Below are positions 47,429-61,200 of a stretch of 64,000 bases of DNA, piece by piece. The DNA is from Phoronis australis (lineage: Eukaryota; Animalia; Phoronida), in the NCBI GenBank assembly GCA_002633005.1, contig NMRA01000266.1, forward strand, positions 515,925 to 579,924. The letters are read 5' to 3'. How positions within the stretch are numbered: position 1 is the first letter of the stretch; each line of letters starts with the position of its first letter. Below the pieces are notes generated by a model. It was not told the DNA's origin. It was given only the letters and a program-made list of their open reading frames with translations, and searched no databases. Made by a program: the position numbers and the translations under genes.

Positions 47429-49388
47429 TCCATGCATGCATAGTCTTATCTATTTTGTGATTTAGTGCAAGGTCCACTCTCTATGTGACATCATCGTACC
47501 GATGCAATACAGACATCTACATGTACATCTTAACTTCTCCATTTTACGGCTCTAACAAAGTTTCGGGTAAAGCAAAACCTCGGCTACCTGGGATTGCTAA
47601 AAATCTCCCAAAAATACAAAGACGTGTCAATATTATCCGGATAGCGTTGCAGACATATCTGCTAGTATGTTGCGAAATCCATTTGCGGAGAGACGAAAAC
47701 ACGCGTGCGATTGCCGTAAATTACTAAACTTTGTCTATATGTTATTTTTGGTCATCCGCGATACGTTGCCCGCTCAGGTATATCGCCATTCGCAGAAAGG
47801 TGAATAATGCTGTTGAGTGAGTTGTTTTTACAGGAGAATAAAGTCTATACAAACGTTCGACAATGATCAGTAATAATTTCTCTATATTAAGAAAGGCCTC
47901 CCACACCCTGTTTACTATTATCTAGCTGCATAAATCCGTACAGAGACAATTTAAAAGAAAAGGGGTTAAAAGGAATAGTACAGAAAAAATATGGACCTCG
48001 AATTTTACAGTGAATGTACAACGTACAAGCACTCTGGATTTTTAATCGCTGCGTAAAATATCTTTCAGCTGTAAATTCTCCAAGTATTTGGGGCTTGTAC
48101 CGTTGAAAGACGAGACTTGTAAATTCTTCCAATAAAGAGAGTATTAAAGGAACGAATGTCCTCCAAGATGTGGGTTGACAAGGGAAAAGAAATTTACAAT
48201 ATTGAGGTTTGGGCGTATCGTAGGATTCCCATGACGAAGTTGGTTTTATGTTGAATACTTTGGAACTGGTTTCCTATTGGGTTGATTTAGCTCAGTTGTG
48301 GTACTCCATTATATTTTGTCTGGCAGACATATCACACCACTGAAACTGTCGGGCATGTAACGGATGTCTCGTGTGGAGTGATGCTGAACGTTGTGGGCTT
48401 TAACGGGTTACGTGGTGGGTTGATCCAACTCAACTCTGAGGTTTGGGCTTGTCTGGCGAGGTTAACCCACCCAACTGAATTTGTCTGGCAATGTTCTTTC
48501 ATGATACACGGGATTATGTTGAATATTTTGCAACCGATTTCATGGGACACCCAACCACTAAAATTGTCAGGTATATAACTGCTGCGCCGCGTGGAGTGAT
48601 GCTGGATGTTAAACAGTTGGTTTAAATGGTTACGTGGTGGGTTGGGTTAGCTCAACTCGGAGGTTTGGTTGTGTCTGATGAGGGTAATCCACACCTGAAT
48701 TTGTCTGGCTACGTTCATTCACGATTCATTGGTCTTTCTTGAAAAATTTGTAATCAGTTTCAGGTACCTGTAGTTATAACAGCCTGGCTGATGTTTCCCC
48801 CACCACAGGAAATTGGCTGGTAATTTTGATACAGTGAATTGAGTAGTAGGTGTTGCAGGTATTTTTAAGTGGTTACCAGAAAAGTTGACCTAGGTCAATT
48901 TTTGCGTGCTTGCGGCGTACACTACATTCGTGCATGCATGCATGCGCCTGCGTGCTCATGTGTGTAGTCAGTCAGATCGAGACTTAGGAGGCCCTACCCA
49001 GATGGCGCGGTGGCACTGGGCTTATGACAGATGATTTCGTTGTTATTGTCCCAATGGTTATATTCCTTGCGGCCATGCACCTGCATGTCAGAGCACAAAA
49101 TGACGACGCGGGTAGCTGTGAAAAAGCAGCCTGATCTCAAGCAGTAATGAACTTTTGGAGCCATCAGTTCCCTTCATACCTTTGACTCGTTGTGATGGTA
49201 GACAGCGGTTTGACATGGCCGCTTAAAATATGGGTCAGTGAGAATACGGGGCAGGTAATAAAAAGTCACCCAAATCATAAATTATGTGGCAATGAGGACA
49301 TTTCCTTGTTATTACAAATCATAGCCATACAAAACATGTCGCAAATGTTTGCGTCAGCGATGTTGTAATACGAATTTTGCCATGAATA

Positions 49389-49713
49389 CAGGGACGGATC
49401 CAGGATTTTGAGTTTGAGTTTGAGGGGGAGGGGGCAGTGGCGGATTTAGAGGTGGCCAAGGGGGCCATGCCCCCTCATTCTCCCAGATCCCATTTGGCAG
49501 TTCGGGAGTGTGAATGACTGACGGGCAAAATCCTGGCTAATACTCTGCCCTGCCGCCCCTAAAAATACTGGATCCGCTACTATAGGGGACCAGGGCAGAG
49601 TACAAGCCATGCAGGATTTTGCCCGTCAGACATTCACACCTCGAACTGTCAAACGCAATTTGGAAGAATTTTAGGAGAGACATACCCCCTTGCTGCCCCT
49701 AATTCTTCCACTG
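49389..49713 (+). mobile_element. GC-rich MITE with 5-bp TSD (GAATA) containing an inverted nested copy (49435-49582)
   Basis: CAGGGACGGATCC...TTCCACTG flanked by GAATA on both sides; inner copy CAGTGGCGGATTTAG...GGATCCGCTACTA. Confidence 0.7.
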
Positions 49714-49828
49714 GAATAAAATTAAATCTGACTTGGACATCACTCCACTTAAAGTTGTCAATTTCCAAAACCAGGGTTCAAACCAGTCTAGCTGAGCGCG
49801 TGTTATATACCTAATGTCAAAGCTATCT

Positions 49829-52300
49829 AACGGAGACCGGGACTAGTTCAACCCTTTTTTGAAAAAAGTGCAATATTGTAGAAACTATTTAAGCTGGTTC
49901 ATCCATAAGCACTGACCGAGAATTGCAGTCTGTCAGCCAATATATGGTGCAAATGTAAGCGATATAAGTGCACTCGTCTTGTAGCAATTTTCGTTTTAAA
50001 ATGTTCACCTTCGGGGGCCCACCCTCGGGGCAGGTTCGGCCTCCTTTGCAGTACTCTTGAAATATACACATTTTTGCACAATTTTGTGTTGGTGTATGCC
50101 TGTTTATTTGTCCCAAAGGACCGTAAATTACACAAGAACTAGGGCTTGGATGTTAACTGTCTATTAAAAATACATCGCAAATATCATAATCTTCTACCTA
50201 CTAAACTGATGATCGAATGCTACTTTTTTACTTAATGAGCTATTAAAAGTAAACAACGTGAGAGTTTAAACGCATTTGCGTTAGTCCTCATCCGAGTAAC
50301 AGCTGTGACACACAAAGGAGGACAGCATCCCATCGTCAGCGCATTCCTTATGGGTCCATTCTTTACATTCAACGCAGGGGGCCCACTTTTCTCTACTCCT
50401 GCTCTTAGAATATGGCTCTAGACAAACGACAACACTCCTGTTCAGACTCGTTGTCGAAAGATGAGGATGGCGATTTCTCTTCTTTTTGTTTTGGTTTTGT
50501 GTTAACAGCAGGCTTTTTGCAAGTATCTTCTTCTTTCCCTTAACACGTTCTTCTCTCAGGGTCTCATTTTCTGGTGTGTAGGTGAGAATGACCGATTTTC
50601 TCCGTTTTCTGCTTCCATCTGTGTTCTGAAACGGTGGAGTTGTAGGGTGTGATGTTACTGTCTGTAGTAGTAGTAGTAGTAGTAATACGCTTTATTCACG
50701 TTACGACAAAAATACAATTAATACAAATTTACGCTTACGGAGATTCTGTGAAGGAGCCGAAGGAGCCACCAGAGAATAAAAATACAGTGTTACAGATAAT
50801 CAGAATTACAAAATTATTTGATTATGTACTTGTGAAAAGACAAGGAGAGATTATTGAAAATAGTTACTCGCAAAGCAGTTGGGAATAGTGCACTCAAGTT
50901 CATAACTTTCAAAAACGTTTGTAAAATAATTTATAACAGAGGATAACGAATGGGTAAAAAATTTTTGGGAAACCTTTCCAGGAAGGTTTTTAATGACATG
51001 AGGTAGGGCATTGCGAACTGAATTTTCAGCAAATGATTTAGTACAACGAAGAGTTTTTAAAAGATGTTGTTTTCTAGGAATGTAATGTTCATGAACAGAC
51101 CCACAGGTGGCGAAAACGACCCATTTCCTTGATTATCGACCATCACGGGCTGCTGAATCCGATTCCAGGGATTGCTCAGGTTGGGTAGGCGATTCTGGGG
51201 GCTTAAAAACTGACCCATCGTAATGAGTACTAACGCCTGAACCTCGTAAATTGAGTCCAAGGCGTTGATGGATAGATGTGAATCGTGGTTATCAAGAAGA
51301 ATGAGTACGGGAGCATCTTTTGATGGTTTGACATTTTCAACGAAATGAAGAAGAAACATGGTGAAGTTGTCAACTGTCATTCAGCCTGATGTATGAGCGG
51401 TTCATTTTGAGCCAGCAGGTGCTCCATTTATAAAGTATTCCTCGAGAATAAATCAAGAAAAATGTGATGGTTTGACTGCTGCCCTTAGAGTATCTGATTC
51501 TCTTGATTTGGTGTTTCCCTTGTAATGTCGATTCATACTTAGGGAAAAATTCTGAAAAAATGATAATTAAAACTTGGCATTTTATTTGTTCAAGACCAGA
51601 CGATAACCCGCAAATGTTGATCACAGCCAGACGGCTTACTTTTAACCCGTTCTGGCTTCGCATCAGACATAGAGTAAAACACTTTCACATTTTTAGGGCC
51701 CACAGTAACAACGTTTAAAAATCATGTTCTGTTCACAAACCTACAAAATGACAATGCGCTACCAAAGAAACATATTTAAGATGAGTTTGTGCAATTTCAT
51801 GATGAATAGTACTAATTAAATTTCCTAAAAAAAAACATTTATTGATTATACATGTATATCAAGTACAGTGAACGGGGCAAGTTCGGCCCCTGGCCAGACT
51901 ATAGCGCCATGTCAATGGGCCCAACTTGCCCCATTAGCTCTAAATGGAAAACACACGTGATTACCTCATCAATCACTGAGAAATCTAAAGAAACACATGG
52001 CTTGTCTTGAAGAGCAAGCTGTTGTTGAAACCCACGAACAAAACATTTTTACATCACTGCTCATGGCTTATGGCCAGCACTGAATCGAGTGAAGCTCCAA
52101 AATTTACTCACCTGGGTTAAAAACCAATCGTTGCCTGTCAGATCAATAAAAAACACCCCGCCTTCGTGGTTTTAGTGTAGTGGTGCAAGTCGCGTGATTG
52201 CTCAAAATGACCGTGGCCGAAAGTGCACATATACTGTAATTGCGGGGTCATTGAGGCGGTGGCCCAACTAGCCCCGGGACCGAACTAACCCCAGGTCAGT
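49829..52300 (-). mobile_element. Decayed pogo/Tigger-like DNA transposon (DDE_1 transposase with C-terminal PHD finger)
   Basis: Minus strand 51450-51250: YFINGAPAGSK*TAHTSG*MTVDNFTMFLLHFVENVKPSKDAPVLILLDNHDSHLSINALD. 50640-50281: RKRRKSVILT..CVVCLEPY..EKWAPCVECKEWTHKECAD..FVCHSCYSDED*. Terminal GGGGCNAGTTCGG-type motifs at ~49843, ~50027, ~51873 and inverted at ~52260-52300. Outer limits are approximate. Confidence 0.75.
50662..51090 (-). mobile_element. 5'-truncated L2/Crack-type (CR1 group) LINE 3' end nested in the transposase remnant
   Basis: HYIPRKQHLL..FAENSVRNALPHVIKNLP..THSLS..YELECTIPNCFAS, then AATAAA and a (TAC)n tail. Confidence 0.7.
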
Positions 52301-53299
52301 AAGCACACATGCAGTATTTTCAGGCAGAAAAAGAACATGACATTAACTTGTAGATCCGGGCATCAAAAACAATGTCACATCAAATATCTTCCGCTGTTTC
52401 CGTCACTCGTAAATTGTATTTTTGTGAAACTAGTTTTGAGCGACTAATTGCTCGTCAGTTCTTCGTGACCTGACTCGAGCGACAGCGCCACCTATAGACA
52501 CATTGCATGGACCGTGGACCAGCTTGTACCAGTCCAGTTCATACATCTGCTTATTTCATAAGTGGGTCTTGACAATAAGGGGGCAGAAAGTGCAACGACT
52601 TTAAATGGGAATTCTAATTTTTGTTGTGGACATGCCTTTAGTAAAAACACAGATTCTTGAAGAGAAATGTTCCCCAGTTATAATATTACTGTTCACTTGA
52701 CGGGTATTTTCCATTCACGGAACTATACAAAGTCACGTACCGGTAAACGAACAAAAGGGCTGAAAAATAAGTCTGTATTAGATAACACGATCGAGCGACA
52801 CTGTGTTCAGTAGCGAAAACGAGTAGACTAAATTGTCACAATTCGCTGAAAGCGGAATCACTTGGAAAGGCGGGCCTTTTGGTCACGATTTTATTTTTTC
52901 CATGGATTGTGAATCCACTCCAGTTCAGCAGTAGCTAACGGAAGAGTGCACTTCTAACACGACTCACGTAATGTACGCCTCCTAGTGGCAGTTTTTTTGG
53001 AATGTTTTACATGCAGCCTGTTTTGGCTTTAATCTCCCTTATGAGCCAAACCACTCTAAGACGTACTAAAAAAAAAAAACAAAATAAAACGGTTGAGTTC
53101 TCCTTTGACCTGTTCATTCACCCAATTTTGAAAACCAGGCATTTTGCCCGGTTGCTGATCCCATTGTGAACAGTTAGTCATTCATTAACTGCGGTCACTC
53201 ACCTAACTGCATATGAAGTCTAGCCCATTGTACCGTTCATCACAGTACGACACGACGTCTCTTAGTGCTTAATGTACGGTTACAATGTACCTTGTCGTA

Positions 53300-53740
53300 T
53301 TCCCAAAAGACTATGTAATTTACCGACTGCAACCCTACAATCTCGGAACTCAAACCTCCCGTAATTCGTTAGTTGGATCATAAAACTCAACATTTTGATT
53401 CCCCCATCCAACAAATTGTCATCAAAGGCCTGTATTATATTTGAAATTCCTCGCCTTATCAACTGCACTGAAACACCAGTCTCTACTCTAAATATAATAA
53501 AACACACTCTTTGAAAGCATTTTGCAGGTTTTTAACAACTTCATAATTTGCAACTACGACCCAATCTGTCATATTCTCAACTGCTTCATGTGTAATAGTA
53601 TCTAGAAATTTGTGTTCCGAAGACCCCAAGCTGTGCCAGTCCACTAACTGATTCCTGGAGAGTCGGTAATTTAGCGCTACTTCACTTTGTTTTCAAGTTC
53701 ATCTCTTAATTTTNTCATAATTTTAATCTCTTTATCGTTT
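53300..53740 (+). mobile_element. Second L2/Crack-type LINE 3' fragment
   Basis: SKACIIFEIPRLINCTETP.. and, after a frameshift, FIICNYDPICHILNCFMCNSI*, matching the Y-x3-C-x3-NC(Y/F)xC C-terminus. Confidence 0.6.
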
Positions 53741-53894
53741 GACTTATTTCACTTATTGTTATTGATTTTTCATTTTTTCATTTGTTTGTTTATGTAAAGG
53801 GGGATTTTTAGTTAGCGCAGGACAGAAATTCGATGACAAAGATGCTTTGAAAGATGATTTTGTCGGATTCAGCGCCTGTAAATTTATTCTTATA

Positions 53895-54167
53895 CAGCGG
53901 CGCACCCAGGGGAGGTTGGGGGGCTCGGAGGGCTCGAACGTGCCCCCCAATTAGGTGAATTGGAAAAAATGGTCCGCCTCAATGAAACACAAAGTCTGAG
54001 CAAACGATTCAAAAGTCCTCAAAGTCCACAGAAATCTGCCACGGATGCACAGTTCGTAGGCCTGAACCTAGTGGTTCCCTTTTTTAGTCGTCATTGATTT
54101 TTTTCAGTGAAAGGTCCGCATACCGAAAAATTCGAGCCCCCTACATTTTAGACTGGGTGCGCACATG
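53895..54167 (+). mobile_element. Non-autonomous DNA element with 5-bp TSD (TTATA)
   Basis: CAGCGGCGCACCCAG / CTGGGTGCGCACATG termini flanked by TTATA on both sides. Confidence 0.75.
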
Positions 54168-55256
54168 TTATAATCCTTTAATACACAAAAATATTTGCCT
54201 AGTGATTGCAAAGCTGATCCTCCAAGGGGAACGCAAATTTTACGTAGTCCAACCGGGACTGTTATTTCCCGTCATAAATCATTAAGCTCTATGTACATCG
54301 ATCAAGACTGTCTATTTATATTTTTGCATAACGTCACTTGTAGAGTTCTAAAACCTAGAATTCAACGTTAGAAATTGACGAATATTGAACAACGTCACAC
54401 AATAACATACCCGTGATGCAACCAAACCCTGTTAACAAACACCTCGGAAGCGATGTGGTGAGCAACTTTTTGCCAGTTGCGATCTACTTCAAGAATGTCA
54501 AACTGCAGACAAACAGTATTTCAATTTTGACCAAAATTTAATGATTTTTAAGGAATCCCCTGCCTCGGTGATTTTCTGCATTTTAGCAAATCATTTTGTT
54601 CGAGTACTGGAAAAATTTAACACGCGTTTAAATTGCTCTGTAACACTCCTTTCATATGCCTTTAGTAAAACACGGATTAGCTTTATTGATAGAAACTATA
54701 CTATAGTACATTCTTTTCAGTACCGTAAACGAAGCACCTGCTGTTACTTTTCTATAGAGTGCGCCATGCCAAAATTTGTAAAAGCGTGCAAATGACACAT
54801 TTTTATTGCCAAAAACATCAAAATCTCCATCTGCTTTTTGTGTGGTAGCCCATTATAGGACAGGTGCTCGGTAACATCCGACAGGTGCTCGGTAACATCC
54901 GTCGGCATTTCGCAAGATGTGACGAAACTGTGACACCTGCTCCAATTCATGTCGACATCGAACTTCATTCGATGACCGTAAAGTTCATTACGAAAAACTC
55001 ACGAGAAAGTAAAGGAAATCTTAAGAAATTCGCTCAAGCGAGTAACATAAACACCCCTTTTAGCGAATGGTGTTTAAATAAATAATAGTTGTGTTATATG
55101 ATGTTGTCATTATTGTTCATAACTTTGGTTACGTTTTCTGCTTTCCATAGAACCTATTGTTCAGCTAAGTTCTTCGCTATCATTTTAATTTCATTGAGAC
55201 CTGCTGTTGGCCGATTATTGTAATTGTTCGCCCGCCAACGACAGTTGATTTGGAAA

Positions 55257-58200
55257 ATGGCGTCGGTGAACCACATCGTGCCATGTTTGATCGTGTGCTT
55301 CGTGATCACTCGCTTGGGAAAATGCGCGCCTGCAACTGGAAAAATGAAGCTTCTTCTTGAAGAGGTCGTCGATAGCTTGAAGGTAAGGCAAGTAATTCCG
55401 TTGTTAATAAGCAGTGGCAGATTAAACATAAGACTGACGATGCCTCAGCTGATCACTACAGATATCTTATGAAAAAGCGGCAGCTGCGCAATTTACAATT
55501 TTGGCAATTAAAAAACACTAATTCTGGTTTTGACATACCGACAGATAGTAACAACGACTTTTCCACCTACCTGACTAAAACAAAATGATGCCCCGTAACC
55601 CACGTTAATTCGCAAAAGTTTGGAACAAAAATTGAAAACCCCTCCTTACAAATTTTGGTGAACGGTCAAGCGTGACCTACATGTACTCTTCAGACGAGTT
55701 ACATGTTAACGACAACTGTAGTCAGAAACACCCACCAAGAACCGTAACATATCCATTCAGTGACACAGCAGAGTGCGCTTGTTAGGTGAAACCTGTTTTG
55801 ATCACTCAAAGGTCCTAATCTAAAGGGAAACGCAAGCCAACAGTTAAGTACAGTAATACACGTTTGTGTACTGCAAACTATCGAGACAAGAATCTTACAC
55901 AAGTCTAGAGGTGAATCTTATATAATCGTAGCCCAGTGTCAAATCCTGCCATGAAGCAAACAGAAGATCGAGCTTTAAAAATACCAAAAAACAGTAATAA
56001 CAAGCTTTGTTACTTACGACACTGTGTGGGTATTACGTCAAACTGACAGCTCGTCCTTACGACTGTTTTCAATGTTAGTTATATCAAGTGTACATGTAAC
56101 TATTCAGCTGTAAAAATAATCCAGTGTGCACTTCCCATTATCAATTTTACGGAGTGATTCAATACAAAAGGACCGACTTATGGGATACGCAACTTTTTCT
56201 CAAAATTTCTATCACAATTAGGTTTTAAAATACCCGGTTTTGTCAAAAACGTGGAAAAATGTTTTTAAAATAAACGTCTGTAACTAAACACGGTTCAAAC
56301 CTGAAAACGTGTTAAAAACAATGTGATTGCTTCAATCTTTGCGAAAAAATATCGTTCTCTAATCCTCACCAACTCCTAAAGTTTGGACTAAGTTAAAGAA
56401 TTCCTTTGCTAAATCGAAATATTTTACTACAGGCGAAAAATACGTGATTGCAGGGCAAAACATTGCCAACGCCGACTCTCAGGATTCAGGCTCTGAGACG
56501 TTGGTAGAAAAATGTCATTATGTGTCAAACATGTATTTTCATAAGTTGATGGTGGTGTTTAAAAAATATTGAATAATTACGTAACGTGATCAGTACAATG
56601 ACCTCAAAATCAACACCAAATTCAAATACAAACCAAACATCAGTGGAAATTATTCATTATTTTGCTGTTATCACAACAGGTGGCAGTTCACGATGAGAAT
56701 ATCTCATTTTATCATTTTATGTCACAAAATGTGGTATTATGAACTCGTAACGATTGAGGATAGTGAGGGTAAACAAAATGACCAATTAGCCGTGAAGAGT
56801 CACGTCAAAAGGCAGGTGAACACCCCATGGCTTCCGTATGGACAGATGTTTGGAAAATGATGCACCTAATACGAAATGTATTTTTATCGGCTGTAATCTT
56901 AAATTAATAGAGCACAAACGCTCGCACATTCATTAACACGATTACTAAGCTATTTTTAATTTGCGCTTTGTCACTGCAATCCGTGGTACACTGGTTACCC
57001 GTGCGTATATCAGCAGTGATTTATGAGCCCGATTTAACTCGCGAACATCTGTGGGTTCAAATTTTTAAATGCTCGAGGTACTTTAGCATCTTCACGTTAA
57101 AACGACTAGAACCACACCTTCCGTCAAAAATAACAACTTTTGATTTAGATCAGTTAGTTAAGGAAATTTTCTTAAACTGTTCCTCAATCGAAATAGACCA
57201 TCTCTTGACTTGAAAAGCACTGACAGTTCGTTTTTGTTGAAGACCAGGGTCTAAAGTTTATCACCGCGTGTCATTTTATTCGCCTGGCATTGTCACGAAC
57301 GTTCAGTTCTTTGTAAATCCCTTCGTCTGCTTATTGAGACTACCAGTCTGTTGCAAATTAACCAGGGATTTCCGGCTACGTTTACAAACCCGCTGTTTAT
57401 TGTAGACTTATTTTAGTGAGACCTGAGAAAATTTCTTTAATAAAAAAGTCCAATTCAACAAACTTTGATTTATTTTGTGTCTATCTTGACGAAGAAACTG
57501 AGGTCAGGTAAAAGTCAGTCTGTTCGACAGAAAGTATAAAAAATAACACGAATATACAATATTAAATCAAAATAAAATTGAGCAAATCGTTTCAAGCATA
57601 TCACATGTATTCACACTGCTGATTGAATAATGACCATTTAACAACTGGAGATAGATCCCATTAATCATATACCCTTATAATTTACTCCTATTGCTTCAGC
57701 CAAGTGCTTTAAACACGTCATACACATTTTGAAGGACCACGAAACAAGGCAAATTACGGAATATTTTAAAACTAGTCAACATGAAAGAGTACGGAACTAT
57801 TCTCGCAATATTTTTTTAACTTCCCCAAGGCCCAAAGAATAATCTCTTAAAACTCGACTACGAAAACGGAGTCTTTTTTCGAACGAAATTAATTTTTCGT
57901 TCAAGCGTCTCTGCGAAAATATGCGGTTCGAATGCATATTTATGAGAGCTGAGAGCAAGTACATGTAACACAAGAAATTCTTAATTTTACGGCTTAGGTT
58001 CCTGGGGGTTATGTTTATTTCATTGATTAAGAAAAGCCATGTTTTCTTTCAAAATCACATTTTAAACTTGTCGTATAAAGTTCCTTTTAAAAACGGCAGG
58101 GTGACGGTTTGCCGGCTGAGAGAGAATTTGACGTTGCCACGGAAAGACTGCGGAAAGAACTTGTGCAACTGAGGGACGACTCTGACCGCACTAATGTGGA

Positions 58201-61200
58201 AGAATTAGTAAGTATGACGTAAAAGTAGACAAGAGAAATATGCCCTTTCTGCCCAACTAACAGTTTAATAAAAAGAAAATTACTTTTGGACATGACCATC
58301 GGCGGGTGGGGGCGCCACCACGACAACTACTACCGCCACTGACCGTCATCACAAGACAACCAATTTATCAATACTTCAACAACCTTGAAATACAAATAAC
58401 TATGCATCACGTGAAAAGTAACTGCACCGCTATTACGTCCCCAGGGGAATTTTCGACATCGGGAAGTGCCAAAAATCATTCATGATCTTTGCTTTTTAAA
58501 AATTAATGTGGTGATGACGTACATTTTAGTTGTCCATATTTTCTATAAATAAAAAGTTATCTCACGTACTGAAATGGGTAGGGATCATAGCGTTTCCCTT
58601 TGATTGCCCAGCGACACCCGATGCCTCTTTCTCGAAGTGTTAATTGGTTTCTGTTGTTGATTGCGGATAAATATCACTCTAAGATGGCTTATCCTGTTTC
58701 ATCAGGACAGTCAAAGGATGAATGTCTGAAACTCTGTCTCCAACTCAAAGTCTACTGAACTAGACAGAAAACACTTGGAATTTTTCAAGAAACGCAAAAG
58801 TGAAATAAAAACAACTGTTGACTATTTGTAACTAGAGGTCTGACTTTTGACTAACGTCAACAGACAAAAGCCCATAGTTCCTTTGAGAAAAATCCCCGGA
58901 TGTCAGCACTGAGAGGCTGTTTTGAGTCGGGGCGCAAACCAATGTCTACTTTTCGATCTATAATTGATGATAGTTCAGGGTCACCTCAGACGCAGACACA
59001 TTAACTGTCCTCACGTACGGTCGAAGTCACAATAGCGTGACTCAGTTGTCTGTCTCGAGTGACAAATACTGTTTCTCGAAAACTTCATTGTTGTTTGACA
59101 TTGTTTTAAAAATGTAAAACCTTTCAACTCAACAACTGAGTTATAACTGGCCGAGAAACACTGAAGATCGATTCACCATCAGCGATAATCAAGTCCTCTT
59201 TCTCGAAGAGATTATTAGCCATTGATTTAAATCAAAAGCCAAGCATCGGATCACGTGATTTTCTTATTCTATTACATGTACCTTTGTTCTCGAATTGAAG
59301 GCAGACTTTCAGCCTCACAATATTTTTGTGAAAATGTTTAAGTCATCCCGTCTGCTAAGTTTCAGTCGAAAGTCAAAAGTCAAAAGCCAATAAATTCACC
59401 GAGAAACAACCCCCCATAGTGGTACCAATTTCTTCGAATTCCCTTTCAGAAGGAGGAATGATGACTCGTTGAATTTTTCAGTTAAAATAACGTCGACCAA
59501 TTTCCTATGCCTCGTTTTTCTATCGATTTGTGAAAGTGACATATCCGGGGCTCGACCTGTGGATCACGGTCGTAACACGTCTGACCGGCCTTCTTATCGT
59601 CTGACCCAAATCAGGCGGAAGAACCGCCTTTTTACCGTCAAGAAACGTATAGGCCAATGACGTCATTTGTGGGTAGTCTCTATCCACACGCACACACATA
59701 AGTTTATGTCACGTGATTGGCCAAATTATCATTACATTGCTAATTAATGTTATGCTATTTTCTCACAAGACGCCTGTTAAGCGCCTGATCTGCCTCACGC
59801 ACTAACATCATAATGTTGAGCGTGGTGAAATTTGCATATACTTGATAACACACGCGGTCAAGTGGCAGGCGCAAGCGACATTTGGACGCGTATTGTCCAT
59901 AGTTGCGAAATTAAACGATATATTTCTGTAATTTGGGAAAAGTGTTTTTGTGATTTATGGAAGAGTAAATATTAACATCCATCCTCTTCACACGCTAACA
60001 ATCTGATCAACGTGTGTAATGTACAGTTGGCTTGGGACGTGGAAAAAGCAAACTAAACACGTTGAAATACCGTTCGACTGAATTGAATTCATTTTCTATC
60101 TGTGGTTGTAACTTCTTTTAAGAAAGCCAAGTTAAAAGAATGTTTAAGGAGATGGCACCAAGAGAAAGAGAACGAATTCAAGAAAGTAATATTACAGGTA
60201 GGTCCGTGCTACGCTATAGAATAAATGTACAGGATGATATGTTGAATCAATTTCTTTATTAAATGTGATTTGTTAGATTTAGCAGTTTGAAGTCTATGTA
60301 AATTTCTTGTCATCATTTTGCGGCCGTAAGATTCACACTAACTTTATGATCTTGCTAATTTGTTCCAAAAGCCATGACCAAGTCAGTATATTTCTCCTTA
60401 TTTTATAACATAGAATATAAAGGTCAATAATTTCTGTAGTCAAGGAAACTGTCTGCATGTTTTTAAACCTGACAAGCGTCTTGACTCTACTGTCATCTTG
60501 ATAAACATTCCCAATGTAGCAACATAAAACCACGTGCGTCCATGTCTCCTGGCAAAAGTCATCGCATTTATTGTCTTTACAGAAGCAAACACAAACAGAG
60601 GAAAGAAAACACAGAAAAGTCGTCATCGGTGACGTAATGAAGGTAATATTCACGGCCGAACAACTGTGCCCATGAACACTAACAGCTAATTTAAGTCAAC
60701 AGACTATTTAGAGAATATGTGAATATGTAAAATCAAACCGGCGTCGAAACATAGATTGCAAACATTTTTGTGTCTGGCCAGCACGTCACCTGTTGGCAAC
60801 ATCACGTGACCTAATGAATACGTCTGAAAAGAGATCTTTCCCAATCTACGTTACAGCGATATTTTAGATTTATACAGTAAATTCAGATACAGCCAGGAGA
60901 TGAAAAGCATGATGCAATGCTATCAGTCCAATTGGATTGCTGAGTTCCACTGTTGCATGGTGCCTATGGCTCAGCGGACTAGAGCGTCTGCACGATAAGC
61001 AGACGGTCCCGTGTTCTAGTCTCGCTCGGGGGTAGAAAGGTTTTCAGACTTATATGCATTTTAATGAGTTACGTGATGTTACCAATAGGTGGCGAGCTAA
61101 CCAGACTGAAAACTGCTGTAAAAAGCAGCGCTAAAACTATTCAAAAATCACAATATCGGGATGTAATGCTTTCAACTAAAGGGTCAGGTTTTCTGGTCAA

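Noticed and set aside
60959-61033. Functional tRNA-Ile(GAT) gene
   Set aside because: Acceptor and T stems are mispaired and it is followed by a SINE-like body.
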